DNA of 64,000 nucleotides, taken from positions 992,001 to 1,056,000 of the forward strand of contig OZ251226.1 in the NCBI GenBank assembly GCA_965240325.2. Direction: 5' to 3'. The stretch is from Rebecca billardiae RCC1528 (Eukaryota; Protista; Haptophyta). Shown here piece after piece: positions 40,112 to 52,416 of this stretch (position 1 is its first letter; every line of letters begins with the position of its first letter). The notes under the pieces were generated by a model that was not told the origin of the DNA, made no database searches, and was given only the letters and a program-made list of their open reading frames with translations. The translations under genes were made by a program, and so were the position numbers.

Positions 40112-43100
40112 CTCGGGCGAGCTCAGCGTGCGCATGGTCGCCGCGTCCCGCCCCTACGCGTGTGAGTACCTAGGCACGACGACGCGGCTTGTGGTGACGC
40201 CGCTCACCGACCGGTGCTACCGGACGCTGCTCGGCGCGATCGAGCTGCGGCTGGGCGGCGCGCCGGAGGGGCCGGCGGGGACGGGCAAGACCGAGACCGT
40301 CAAGGACGTCGCGCGCGCGCTCGCCACGCAGTGCATCGTCTTCAACTGCTCGGAGGGGTTGGACGCGGCCGCGATGGCCAAGTTCTTCAAAGGGCTGGCG
40401 TCGTGTGGCGCGTGGTCGTGCTTCGACGAGTTCAACCGGATCGACGTGGAGGTGCTCTCGGTGGTGGCGCAGCAGATGCTGGCGATCCAGCTCGCGCTCG
40501 GCGCCGCGCTGCCCACCTTCTCCTTCGAGGGCGTCACGCTGCGCCTGCACCCCGGGTGCGCGACGTTCACGACAATGAACCCTGGCTACGCCGGCCGCGC
40601 CGAGCTACCTGACAACCTGCAGGCCATGTTCCGCCCGTGCGCGATGATGGTGCCGGACTACGCGCAGATCGCGGAGATCATGCTCCACGCGGGCGGCTTC
40701 CACGACGCGCGGCGCTGCGCCGCCAAGATCGTCTCGTGCCTCCGGCTGTGCTCCGAGCAGCTCTCGGGGCGCGACCACTACGACTGGGGCATGCGCGCTG
40801 TCAAGGCGGTGATTGTGACCGCCATCGCGCTCAAGGCCGAGCTGCACGAGCGCTTCCCCGCGCCGCCGCCGCCGCTGCACGCGGACGCGGACGCGGAGGA
40901 GTACGAGAAGCACGTGGCGGGCGTGCTCGAGCGCGCCGAGGGCGGCGGCGAGGAGGCGGACCCCGACGCCGAGGGCGCGGGCACCGACGCGGCCGACGCG
41001 GCCGCGCGCCGCGCCGCGGCCGCCGCGGCCGCCAACCGGCGACTGAGCGGCGTCATGCCCGAGCGCGACGAGCTCGAGCTCACGCTCGGCGCGCTGCGCG
41101 CGTGCACGCTGCCCAAGCTCGTGGCGGACGACGTGCCCCTCTTCGCCGGCCTCGTGCGCGACCTCTTCCCGCACACCGCCGCGCCGCCCAGCCAGCACGG
41201 CGCGCTCGTCGAGGCGCTTGCCGCCGTGTGCCACGCGCGCGCGCTCCAGCCGACGCCGCCCTTCCTCACCAAGTGCGAGCAGCTGCACTCGACGATGACG
41301 ACGCGGCACGGGATCATGCTCGTCGGCGCGCCGATGGCGGGCAAGTCCGCCGCGCTCTCCGCGCTGCGCGCCGCGCTGCCCCGCGCGGAGGGCGCGGGCG
41401 GCGGCGCGCGGCCGCAGATGTCCGTTCTCAATCCGAAAGCGCTTCCGCCCTCACGGCTCTACGGTTCCTTCGACGCCGCCTCGCACGAGTGGACGGACGG
41501 CGTGGTCGCGGCGCTCACGCGCCGGCTGGTCGGCGCCGCGAGCGCCGCGAGCGCGCGCGCCGACGCGCGCGGCCGCGAGGCGCTCGAGCCCGCGCCGGAC
41601 GCGCTGCGCGCCGAGCCGTCGACGCTGAGCGCGGGCGAGGGCGGCGGCGGCGGCCTCGGCGGCGGCGGCAGCGCGCTGCTCGCGCGCCACTCGAGCCTGA
41701 TGGAGGCGGCGCCCGCCGCGGCGTCGTCGGCGTCGGCGGTGGGCTCGGCGGGCGGCTCAGCCGCCACCGCGCCGCCCGCCGGCCCGTGGCGCGGCTGGCT
41801 CGTCTTCGACGGGCCGGTCGACGCCCTGTGGATCGAGTCAATGAACACGGCGCTCGACGACAACAAAAAGCTGTGCCTGGCGTCGGGAGAGGTGATCCGG
41901 CTGCCGCTCGGCTTCTCGCTGCTGTTCGAGGTGGCGGACCTGGCGCAGGCGTCGCCCGCGACGGTCTCGCGCACCGGGATGGTCTTCTTCGAGGCGGACC
42001 AGCTCGGCTGGCGCGCCCTCGCGCGCTCGTGGCTCGAGGCACTGCCTGGCTCGCTCGAGGCACGTTCGGCCGAGCTCGAGCGCGCGATCGAAGTGCTCGC
42101 GCCTCCGCTGCTGACGCTCGCGTGCACCGCGCGCGCGCTGGTGGGCTCGTCGGAGCTCGCGCTCTTCTCGTCGTTCCTGCGCGTGCTCGACGCGCACCTC
42201 GCGCCGTTCGTCGGGCACGTCGAGGCGGGCGAGGTCGCCGCGAGCGCGGACGCGGCCGCGGGCTCGCGCGCGACGCAGCCGCGCGCGCGCGGCGGCCTCG
42301 GCACAGACACGAGAACGCTCCCGCCGGTCTCTCTCGCCGGCATCGTGGTCTTCTCGGCGCTGTGGGCGCTCGGCGGCCCGCTCGACGCGGCGGCGCGCGC
42401 GCGCTTCGTCGCCGAGCTGCGCAACGCGATCGGCCCGCCGCCCTCCTCCACGCCGCTCCTCGCGCCCGGCGACGCGTCGGCGAAGCGCGTCGGCGGCACG
42501 CGCCCTCCGGCCGAGACCGCCGGACCGCTGGGGGTCGCGCTCGCGCTGCCGGCGGTGCCCGGCGCGCAGCTGTTCGACTTCCGGTACGACGCGGGGCGGA
42601 ACGACTGGCTGCCGTGGCTGCCCGACGCCGACGCCTTCCGCCCGCCGCGCGACGTGCCCTTCACCCAGATCGTCGTCCCCACCGTCGAGACGGCGCGCAT
42701 GTCGGCGCTGCTCGGCGCGCTCTCGGCTAACGGGTTCCACGCGCTCGTGGTCGGCGAGTCGGGCGTGGGCAAGTCGACGGTGGTGCACGCGGCGACGCGC
42801 GGGCTGGCGCCGAGCGCGATGATGCGCATCGACGTGCAGCTCTCCGCGCGCACGCCCGCCGGCCTCGTCCAGGCCGTCGTCGACGCGCGGATGCGCAAGC
42901 GGCAGCGCGGCGTTTACGGCCCGCCGCTGCTTGGGCAGCGGGCTCTCGTCTTTGTCGACCAGCTCTCAATGCCCGTGCCCGAGGCGTTCGGCTCGCAGCC
43001 GCCGCTCGAGCTGCTGCGCCAGCTGCTCGACCAGGGCGGGTGGTACGCCGGCGGCGGCGGCTCCGCCGCCGCGCCCGCCGGCGCCGCCGACTTCCACCGG

Positions 43101-46100
43101 CTCGAGGACACGCACCTCGTGTGCGCAATGCAGCCCGAGGGCAGCGGCGGGCGCTCGCTGCCGCCGCGCCTGCGCCGCCACTTCGTCGCGCTCGCGCTCA
43201 CGCCGCCGTCGGCGGGCGAGCTCGAGCGGGTGTACGGGACGATCGTGGGCGCGCACGTGATGGGCGCCGCGCCCGAGGTGCGCTCGCTCGCCCCCTCCGT
43301 CGTGCGCGCCACCATCGCGCTCTTCCTGGAGGCTCGCGAGACGCTGCTGCCGACGCCCGCCAAGCCACACTACTCCGTCAACGCGCGCGACGTCGGGCGC
43401 GTGGCGCACGGGCTGGTGAGCACGCCGCCCGCGCTGCTCGGCTCGCGCGCGGAGTACGTGCGGCTGTGGGTGCACGAGGCCACGCGCGTCTTCGGCGACC
43501 GCCTCGTCTCCGCCGAGGACACGCGCTGGCTAGACGTCGCGATGGCGCGCGCGCAGCAGTCTCACCTCGGCATGTCGGACGACGAGTGCGTCGACGGCCG
43601 CTCGCTGCTGTTCGGCGCGTTCGAGCTCGAGGGCGGCGGCGGCGAGGCGTTCGACGACGACGAGGGCGCGGGCGAGGACGCCGGCGCTGCCAGCCGCCGC
43701 GCGGACGAGCCCACCCCGCGCCCCGCGCTCAGCGCCACCGGCCGGCGCCCGTCCGTGGCGTTCGCTCGCGCGTCCGCGTCCGGCGCCGCGGCGGCCGCGG
43801 CCGGACCGCAGGGGCAGCCGGTGAAGCGGCAGGCGTCGTCGTTCCAGCGGCAGCCGTCGACGTTCCAGAAGCTCGTGCGCGAGGGCGCCGACGCCGGCCC
43901 GCCGTACGCCGAGCTCGCCGACCGCGCCGAGCTCCGGCTGCTCATCGAGGCGCACGTGGCAGAGCACAACGTGCTCTCGGCGCGGCCGCTCGCGCTCGTG
44001 CTCTTCCCGGACTTTGTCGAGCACGTTGTCCGGCTGCACCGCGTGCTGCGCCAGCCGCGCGGGCACGCGCTGCTGCTCGGCGTCGCCGGCGCGGGGCGGC
44101 ACTCCGCCGCGCGGCTCGTCGGCGCGATGCTCGGCCTCGAGCTCCTCGAGCCCACGCCCTCGCCCACAGGCGGCTACTCGGACTCTGAGTGGCGCGAGGA
44201 CCTGCGCCGCTGGATCGTGCGCACGGGCCGCGACGGCTTCGAGGGGATGCTGCTGCTCTCGGACGCGGAGCTGCGGCGCGGCTCCGTGATCGACGACGTG
44301 AGCTCGCTGCTCTCCTCCGGCGCCGTCTTCGGCCTCTTCGCCGCGGAGGAGGCCGACGCGCTGCTCGGCGAGATGCGCGCGGTCGCGGCGGGCGAGGCGC
44401 GCGCGGGCGTCAAGATGGCTCGAGCCGCAGCCGCGGACGACGCCGAGCCCGCCGCCGTGTGGGACTACCTGGCCGCGTGCGTGCGCGACCGGCTGCACGT
44501 GGTGCTGTGCATGGCGCACGCGAGCGCCGAGTTCCGCGCCACGCTGCGCGCCTTCCCCGCCCTCGTCGACGTGTGCACGATCGACGTGTACGGCGGGTGG
44601 CCGGATGATGCGCTGGCCGACGTGGCGGGCGCGCTGCTGCGGCCCGCGGCGCGCAAGCGCACGCCGCTCGCGAGCTGCGTGGAGACGGTGGTGCAGTGCG
44701 CGCCGCAGCTGCACCGCGCGTACGAGCGCGCCGCGTCCGAGTTCTCCCTCGCGGCCGGCCGGCCGGTCGAGCTCACCTCCGCCGCGTTCCTCACGCTGCT
44801 GCGCCGACTGCTCCGCTTGCTCGCGGAGGAGGGCACGGCCGTCGTCGAGCGGCGCCGGCGGTACGAAGCCGGGCTGCAGACGCTCGCCGCGACGTCGGAG
44901 CAGGTGGCGCAGATGCGCGTGGAGCTGGAGGTGCTGCGGCCGCAGCTGCTGGGCAAGACGAAGGAGGCGGAGGCGATGCTGCGCGAGATCGAGGCCGAGC
45001 AGCGCGTCGCGGACGAGCAGCGAGGCACGGTGGAGCAGGAGGAGGCGGAGTGCACCAAAAAAGCCGCCGAGGCGCAGAGCTTGAAGGAGTCGTGCGAGGC
45101 CGATCTCTCGCTCGCGATGCCCGCGGTGGAGGCGGCGATCGGCGCGCTCAAGTCGCTGCGGAAGGAGGACATCATCGAGGTCAAGTCGATGAACTCGCCG
45201 CCCGAGGGCGTCAAGCTCACGATGGAGGCGCTCTGCATCCTGCGAGGCGTCAAGCCTGTCCGCCGCACGTCGCGCGCGCCCAACGGTTCGGTCGTCAAGA
45301 CAGACGACTACTGGGGCGCGGCGAAGATCATGCTCGGCGAGCGCGACTTCATCTCGAACCTGGTGCACTTCAAGCGGGACGAGGTGGCGCCGACGACGCT
45401 GATGGCCCTCTCGCCGTACATCGCCAACCCCGCCTTCCAGCCCGACAACATTGGGCGCTCGTCGAAGGCGGCGATGGGCCTGTGCCGCTGGGTTCGCGCA
45501 GTCGATCAGTACTGCGCGGCCGCCGAGGCGATCGCGCCGAAGCGCGCGGCGCTGCGCGCGGCGGAGCGCACGCTGAGCGAGGCGAAGGGCGCGCTCGAGA
45601 CCAAGAAGCGCCAGCTCGCCGGCCTCGACGCGCACATCGCCGACCTCCGCGCGAAGCTCAAGGAGACATCGGCGGAGAAGACGCGCGTCGCGAGCGCGGT
45701 CGACGACTGCGAGGCTCGGCTGCAGCGCGCGCAGCGGATCGTGAGCGGGCTCGGCGGCGAGCGCGAGCGGTGGGAGGGGGCGAAGGAGGAGCTGACCGGG
45801 CGGATCGAGTGCCTCGTCGGCGACCTGCTCCTCGCCGCCGCCACCATCGCGTACGCCGGCCCGCTGGACGCGCCGGCGCGCGAGCGCGCGCGCGTCGGCT
45901 GCGAGGCCGTGCTCGCGCGCGCAGGTCTGGCCGCACGCGCACCCTTCTCGCTGCGCGCGACGCTGGGCGAGCCGGTGCTCGAGCAGCAGTGGCGCGGGCA
46001 GGGGCTCCCCGCGGACGCGCTCTCCATCGAGAACGCGCTGATCCTCACCGCCTCCGACCGCCACCCGTACATGCTCGACCCGCACGGACTCGCGGCCGCG

Positions 46101-49100
46101 TGGGTGCGCGCGCGCGAGGACCCTAAGTCGCTCATGACGGCGCGCATCCGCGCCGCGGCCGACCCGGCGGACGGCGGGGGCGAGTTCATGCGCACGCTGG
46201 AGAACGCGATGCTGATCGGCGCGCCGCTCCTCGTCGAGCACGCCCCCGAGGCGCTCGACCCCGTCCTCTTCCCCCTGCTCGAGCGCCAACTCGAACTGTC
46301 CGCGGGCGTCCAGTGCGTGCGCGTGGGCGGTCGGTTACTTGAGCGGCACGCGAGCTTCCGCCTCTTCCTCGCGACGTCGGTGCGCTCGCCGCGGCTGCCG
46401 CCGGAGACGGCGTCGCGCGTGTGCGTGCTCAACTTCGAGACCACCTCGCACGGCCTCGAGGAGCAGCTCCTCTCCGTCGTCGTCGCCGCCGAGCGCCCGT
46501 CGCTCGCCGAGGCGCGCATCCGACTCACTGCGGAGTCCGCGGAGAACAAGCGCAACCTCTCCGAGATTGAATCTCAGATCCTCGCGCTGATCGGCGCGGC
46601 GAGCGGCTCGGTGCTGGACGACGACGCGCTGCCGCGCACGCTCGACATGGCCGCCGAGCTCGCCGCCGAGGTCGCCGCGAAGGAGCGCGCCGCCGAGCGC
46701 ACCCTCGCCGAGATCGAGCGCGCGCGCGAGCAGTACACAGCGGTCGCGGCGCGAGCGTCTCACGTCTTCTTCGCCACCTCCGACCTGCGCGTCGTCGAGC
46801 GCTCGTACCAGTGGTCGATGGGCTGGTTCCTCCGGCTGTTCAGCCGCGCGATCCGGCAGGCGCAGGAGCGCACGCCGCCCGCCACCGTCGTCTCGGACGA
46901 GGGCCCCCACGCCTCTGCGCGCGCGTCGGCGCTTCTGTCGACGGTCGTCGATGTCGTGCACACCGATGCGTGCCGGGCGCTCCAGGAGAAGGACAAGCTG
47001 CTGTACGGCGTGCTGCTCGCGTCGCGGCTGCTGCTGGCGGAGGGGAAGGTGGGCGCGGCGGAGTGGGCGGCGTTCGTGCGGCTCGACGACGCGCGCACCC
47101 TCGCCGCCGACGTCGAGGACGACGCCGAGTCCGCCACGGCCAAGCGCGTGCGCGCGAGCAAGGCGGTGGGGCCACCCGATTGGCTGCCGGCGCGAGAGTG
47201 GGCGGCCGTGTGCGCGCTCGCCGCCGAGTTCGACGCGCTCGCGCCGCTCGCGCAGCAGCTCGGCGTGCCCAAGCCGGCGAGGGCGCCCGCCGCCGACGCG
47301 CCGGCGCCGGCGCCGACGTCGACGCCGACGCCGACGCCGACGCCGACGCTGGCCACGCCGGTCGCCGCGCCGGCCGCCGCCGACGCCGGTGCGGCGCCCG
47401 CCGCCGCCGTCGGCGCGGCGCCCGCCGCTTCTGTCGGCGCGCCCGCCGCGCCCGCCGAGGCCGCGCCCGCCGCGCCCGCCGCCGCCGCCGCCGCCGCCGC
47501 CACGCCCGCGGCGGCGTCGGCGCCCGAGGCGTCGGCGCCGGGAGCCGCCGCGCCGGACTCGCCCGCCGACGCGCCCGCCGCGCCCCCGCCCGCCTTCGAG
47601 ATCCCGCAGCTCGCTCGGCCAATCGCGGACGACCCGGGCGCGGCCGCGCGCGCGGCGTCGGCCGCGTCGCGCGAGCTGAGCACCGCGGAGCGGCAGCGCG
47701 AGGCGTGGCGCCGCGTGTTCGACTCGACGGCGCCGCACCTGGAGAGGCTGCCCGGCGCGTGGGCGAGCGAGCTGAGCGCGGTGCAGCGCCTCCTCGTCCT
47801 GCGCGCCCTCCGCCCGGACTGCTGCGTCGCCGCCCTCCGGGCTTTTGTCGCGGACGCGCTCGGCGAGCAGTACGCCTCGCCGCGCGCGCAGGGGCTCGTG
47901 GAGGCTCTGGAAGCCTCGGAGCCGGCGACGCCGCTGCTGCTGCTGCTCACGCCGGGCTCCGACCCGACCGCCGCGCTGATCGAGCTGGCGCGCGTGCGCG
48001 AGGGCGTGCAGCTCGACACGCTCAGCCTCGGCCAGGGCACTGGCCCGCGCGCCGAGGCGCTCGTCGATAGCGCCCTCGCGCGCGGCAGCTGGGTGCTGCT
48101 GCAGAACTGCCACCTGGCTGCGACCTTCATGCCCGCGCTCGAGAGGATGGTGGAGCGGCTGCCGGACGCGGCGCCGCCGGGCTTCCGGCTGTGGCTCACC
48201 TCCGCGCCGACCGACGCGCTGCCCGCGCCCGTGCTGCAGGCCGCGGTCAAGCTCGCCACCGAGCCGCCGCGCGGGCTCCACGCCAACCTCGCTGCCACGT
48301 GGGATCGCCTGGACGAGGGCCACTTTGAAGGCGCGCGCGACGTGCGCACGCTGCGCCGGCTCACGTACGGGCTGGCGCTGTTCCACGCGAGCGTGCTCGG
48401 CCGCCGGCGCTTCGGTGCGCTCGGGTGGAACGTGCCGTACGCCTTCTCCACCGCAGACCTCGACATCTCCACGCGCCAGCTCCGGTTGCTCGTCGACGCG
48501 TATGCGCGGGGCGAGGCGGCGCCCGCCGGCGCGGACGACGACGAGGAGGCGTCGTCGTCGCCGTCGTTGCGCTTCGGCGGCCGGCGGCGCGGGCGCGGCA
48601 AGGCGGTGCGCGTGGCGCAGCCGAGGCCGGACGACGTGCGCGTGCCGTGGGCCGCGCTCAAGCACGTCGTCGGCGAGCTCAACTACGGCGGCCGCGTCAC
48701 CGACGAGCGCGACCGCCGCTGCCTGCGCTCGACTCTCGCGCAGTTCCTCGCGCCCGACGCGCTGCGCGACGGCTTCGCCTTTTGCGACGGGGTGACCGCG
48801 GCGCACGCGCTGCCGCCGGACGGCGCGGACGTGGCCGAGGTGCGCGCGTACGTGCGCGGGCTGCCCGCCGACGCGGAGTCCGCCGTCGCCTTCGGCCTCC
48901 ACCCGAACGCCGAGCTCGCCACCGCGCGCACGGAGCTCTCGACCCTTCTGGCCGCGCTCGTCGCCGCGCGGCCGCGGGGCGCGGGCACGCACGCCGGCTC
49001 GGCCACGGCCGAGGCTGTGCTCACCACCGCGGAGACGCTCGAGCGGCGGCTGGCGCAGCCGTGGGACCTGGTGGACGCGCTCAACGACTTCCCCACGGAG

Positions 49101-50233
49101 TACCTCGAGTCGATGAACACGGTGCTCCTGCACGAGCTCGCTCGGTACAACCGGCTGCTCAGCACGGCGCGCGAGAGCTTGCGCGCTCTCCGCAAGGTGC
49201 GCCCCACCCCGCGCGCACGGCGCACGGCGCACAGCACACGGCGCACAGCGCACAGTGCCCAGCGCCGAGCGCGTCTCTGCGCGCGCCGGCTGCGCGCGCC
49301 GCGGCGCGCACACACACACACGCGTACGCGCGCTCACCGCTCGCGCTCGCACGCGCGCCCTCGCCACGCGCGCAGGGCATCCTCGGCTTTGCGCCGATGA
49401 GCGCTGAGCTCGAGGCGCTGTTCAGCGCGCTGCACGATGGGCGTGTGCCGGCGCAGTGGGCGGCGGCGTGCTACCCGACGCGGAAGCCGCTCGGCGCGTG
49501 GGTGGCGGACCTCGAGCGCAGGGTGGCCTTCTTCGACCGCTGGGTGCGCGCGGGCACGCCCACCGTCTTCTGGCTCGCCGCCTTCTTCTCGACGCAGAGC
49601 TTCCTCACCGCCGTCAAGCAGAACTATGCGCGACGGGTGCGCGCGCGGCCAACGCGCGCGCCCGCTATCGCGCGCCGCACGCGTGCGCCGCCCCCGCACC
49701 ACGGCCGGGGGGGCGAACCGAGCGAGCCGGCGCCCCGTGGGCATGCCCCGTCCGCTCGCGCGCCCTACTCACGCCCGCCCCGCTCTCTCCGCGCGTGCCG
49801 CGCCCGCGCCCCTCCGCAGCACGGCCTGGCGATCGATGCGCTCTCTCTCGACGTTCGAGTGATGGCGGCGCGCACGGCGCGCGAGGTGGGCCACCGCCCG
49901 CCCGACGGCGCGTACGTCGACGGGCTGGTCCTGGAGGGCTGCCGCTGGGACCCGCGCATCGCCGCGCTCAACGAGGCCCTGCCGCGCCAGCTCCACTCGC
50001 ACCTGCCCGTCGTGTGGCTGTGCCCCGTGGTCGTGGACACGCACACGCACGAGCAGCGCGGCGTGTACGAGGCGCCCGTGTACCGCACGAGCGCGCGGCA
50101 CGGCAAGCTCTCGACGACGGGCCACAGCTCCAACTTTGTCATGATGGCGCCGCTGCCCACGCAGCTGCCCGCCGCGCACTGGGTGCAGCGTGGCGTCGCG
50201 CTGATTTGCTCGCTCGATGACGACCGCTCGTAG
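33966..50233 (+). CDS. Axonemal inner-arm (single-headed, DNAH1-like) dynein heavy chain, 3 exons
   Basis: FPRFFFLSDEELL; AAA1 GPAGTGKTET and CFDEFNRID; AAA2 GAPMAGKS and FDGPVDALWIESMN; AAA3 GESGVGKS; AAA4 GVAGAGRHS; stalk/MTBD; LSLGQG, WVLLQNCHL, NYGGRVTD; C-terminal HWVQRGVAL. Exons 33966-49196, 49376-49636, 49820-50233. The N-tail motif RLNLLFDDESPLPFALRV resembles the DNAH1 class. The start is taken as the first ATG. Confidence 0.93.
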
Positions 50234-50827
50234 AGACGACGACCGCGGTGTGATGAAGCCGAAGGAGATCCGATGCGTGGAGGCCGGCCGCATGCCGCGG
50301 CGGCAACATCGGCAATCGCTCGTAGCGCGCACAAGCTGGCGCCGCGGGCAATAGCTGCTGCTGTGCCGCCACAGTGCTGCTATATGCAATGTCAATCTAT
50401 ATATATACGAACTTCGTGCCGCAGTAGCAGCTAGTCCGCCCGGCTCCGCGGCGGCGGCTCCGGCCCCTCGGCCGCGGTCCCGGCGGCGGTCCCGGTGACT
50501 CCGCGCGGACCGTTCCGGAATCGTTCGTCATGCTTCGGCGCTGCCGACGACCACGGGTGATTGGTGAAACTACGGCGCGCGCTCATCGCTATATCTCGGC
50601 GCGGATGCTACTGATTATTATGACGACGCCGATGACGAATCATCATCGTCACGGGTGACATGGTGCCATACGAATTACGACAAAACCTTACGATGACGAC
50701 GATGACGACGATGACGAGCGATAGATCGAGCCTGCTGCAAGCAGTGAGCAGCAGAGCAGCCAGAGTCGTGGCCAAGGCGCACATATCCGACATCGCGCGT
50801 CTGCTCGTCACATCACATATTATTACA

Positions 50828-51790
50828 TCAGCTGTCGTGCAGCGTCGTGAATCGCGAGACGAATGCACCGAGGAGGTTGCCGCCGTACTGCATCACGCTC
50901 ACCCAGACATCATGCCCACCAACGCGGCGGTATACGCCCGGCGCGGCCGCGAGCCACTCCCACACGAACGCGCTCCAGCCCTCGCGGAATCGCTCGTTTT
51001 GCGCGACGCGGCCGCGCGGGTGGCAGCCACACTTCTCCCAGAAGCCTTTGCGGTACTCGTCCAGCAGCTGCAGCTCCGTGAGCCACTTGGCGCTCTTCCA
51101 GCCGAACAGGCGCGGGAACACGATCCGCGGGCCGCCGTGCTCCATCGTGAGCGGCTGGCCGTCATGCGCCCACGCGAAGAAGGCGCCTTCCGTGTCCTCG
51201 CGGCACACGGGCGCCGTGTAGCCGTCGGCCGCGCGCTGGAAGAGCCAGGTCCACTGCCGGCCGCCAAGCGCCGTGCGCACCTTTGGGTGGGCGAGGATCG
51301 CTTCGAGCGGGACGCCCTCAAACTGCAGGCCGAGGGCCGACCACCCCGTCACGCAGTGCCACGTGTGCTCCTCGAAGCACTTGGCGCCCAGAGATTGAAT
51401 CTCGGCGAGGGTGAGGGCGGCGTGCTCACTGCCCGCGCCTCCGCGCACGACGAGCTTCCACTGCGCGGGGTCGAGCGAGTAAGTGCCGGGCTTGGGCCGC
51501 AGGCCGAGATCGAGGACGATCCAGCGCTTCGCGGCCGTTTGTCCCAGGGGAAGGCCGTCCTTGCTGGCATGCGCGTGGGCAGCACGCATTTTCTGCTGCT
51601 TGGCACTCGCCGCAGCGCGCAACTTTTCCTTCTTCGCCATCTCTCGCCGCACTGTTCCAGATGCTGTTGAGGGATCAATCTCGTCCGCTCCGAGATCCGC
51701 ATCCTCCCTAGCGCTGAGGCGACGTCTCTGCCACAGGAGGGTGAGTACAGCCGCGACGAAGGCGACGATGCACGCTACCCACGCCGTCAT
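50828..51790 (-). CDS. Sulfite-oxidase-family molybdopterin-binding oxidoreductase (YuiH/MsrP-like) with N-terminal membrane anchor
   Basis: LPLGQ, WHCVTGWS (Mo-ligating Cys), EHGGPRIVFPRLFGWKSAKW, GFWE; hydrophobic residues ~4-21. Confidence 0.88.
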   Translation of the reverse strand: MTAWVACIVAFVAAVLTLLWQRRRLSAREDADLGADEIDPSTASGTVRREMAKKEKLRAAASAKQQKMRAAHAHASKDGLPLGQTAAKRWIVLDLGLRPKPGTYSLDPAQWKLVVRGGAGSEHAALTLAEIQSLGAKCFEEHTWHCVTGWSALGLQFEGVPLEAILAHPKVRTALGGRQWTWLFQRAADGYTAPVCREDTEGAFFAWAHDGQPLTMEHGGPRIVFPRLFGWKSAKWLTELQLLDEYRKGFWEKCGCHPRGRVAQNERFREGWSAFVWEWLAAAPGVYRRVGGHDVWVSVMQYGGNLLGAFVSRFTTLHDS

Positions 51791-52169
51791 TTAGCGAGCA
51801 GCCTGCCGCAGGCGCAGGCCGGGCTGTGATGACTCGTGTGCCTTGTAGAGTCGATAGATGCGATGCGGTCTCGCACTCCCGCAGCCACTACCGAAGCGCC
51901 GCGAGAGACTGGCGCGCGTGCGAAGTCGCCCTCGACTGTCCAAGCGGCGATCTCGTGAGGCGGCCGACGGTGAGCTGCGCTCGCACCCTCGCGCAGTACC
52001 CACCGGTGTAGATCTACGACCAGCATGGCTGCCGTGTACAATAGAATAGGTCATGACATGACATTTGTATCGTCATCACATGCTGACTCTGACGCCTGCC
52101 CGTTGCATACCACGTCGTTAATATATTTGCAGCTTATGAGCTAAATCGCTTTATTTAGGCGCTTTTTCA

Positions 52170-52217
52170 TACAGTTTACTATGATTTAACGTGCACATCA
52201 CTTGGTTAAGGCGTGAT
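52170..52217 (+). repeat. 45-bp dispersed repeat (family C), copy 3
   Basis: Matches 1719-1763 with a 3-nt insertion. Confidence 0.85.
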
Positions 52218-52416
52218 TAACGCCATCCAACACTGCACAAAGACACCGCCACAAAACAGACCGGCGCTAGTGCATGTACAGCATTTGCTAGATTTGTCGG
52301 GCATACGGCCCCCAGCCCGCGCGAGCGACGCCGCGCGGTGTCTCTCCGAGGTCTCACGCCCGCTGTCTGGCCAGTGACTCTTCTAAGTGCCACGCAGTCA
52401 CTTCGAGTTTGGTCGG

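Noticed and set aside
43530-49367. 919-aa and 1010-aa minus-strand ORFs
   Set aside because: Antisense to the dynein heavy chain.
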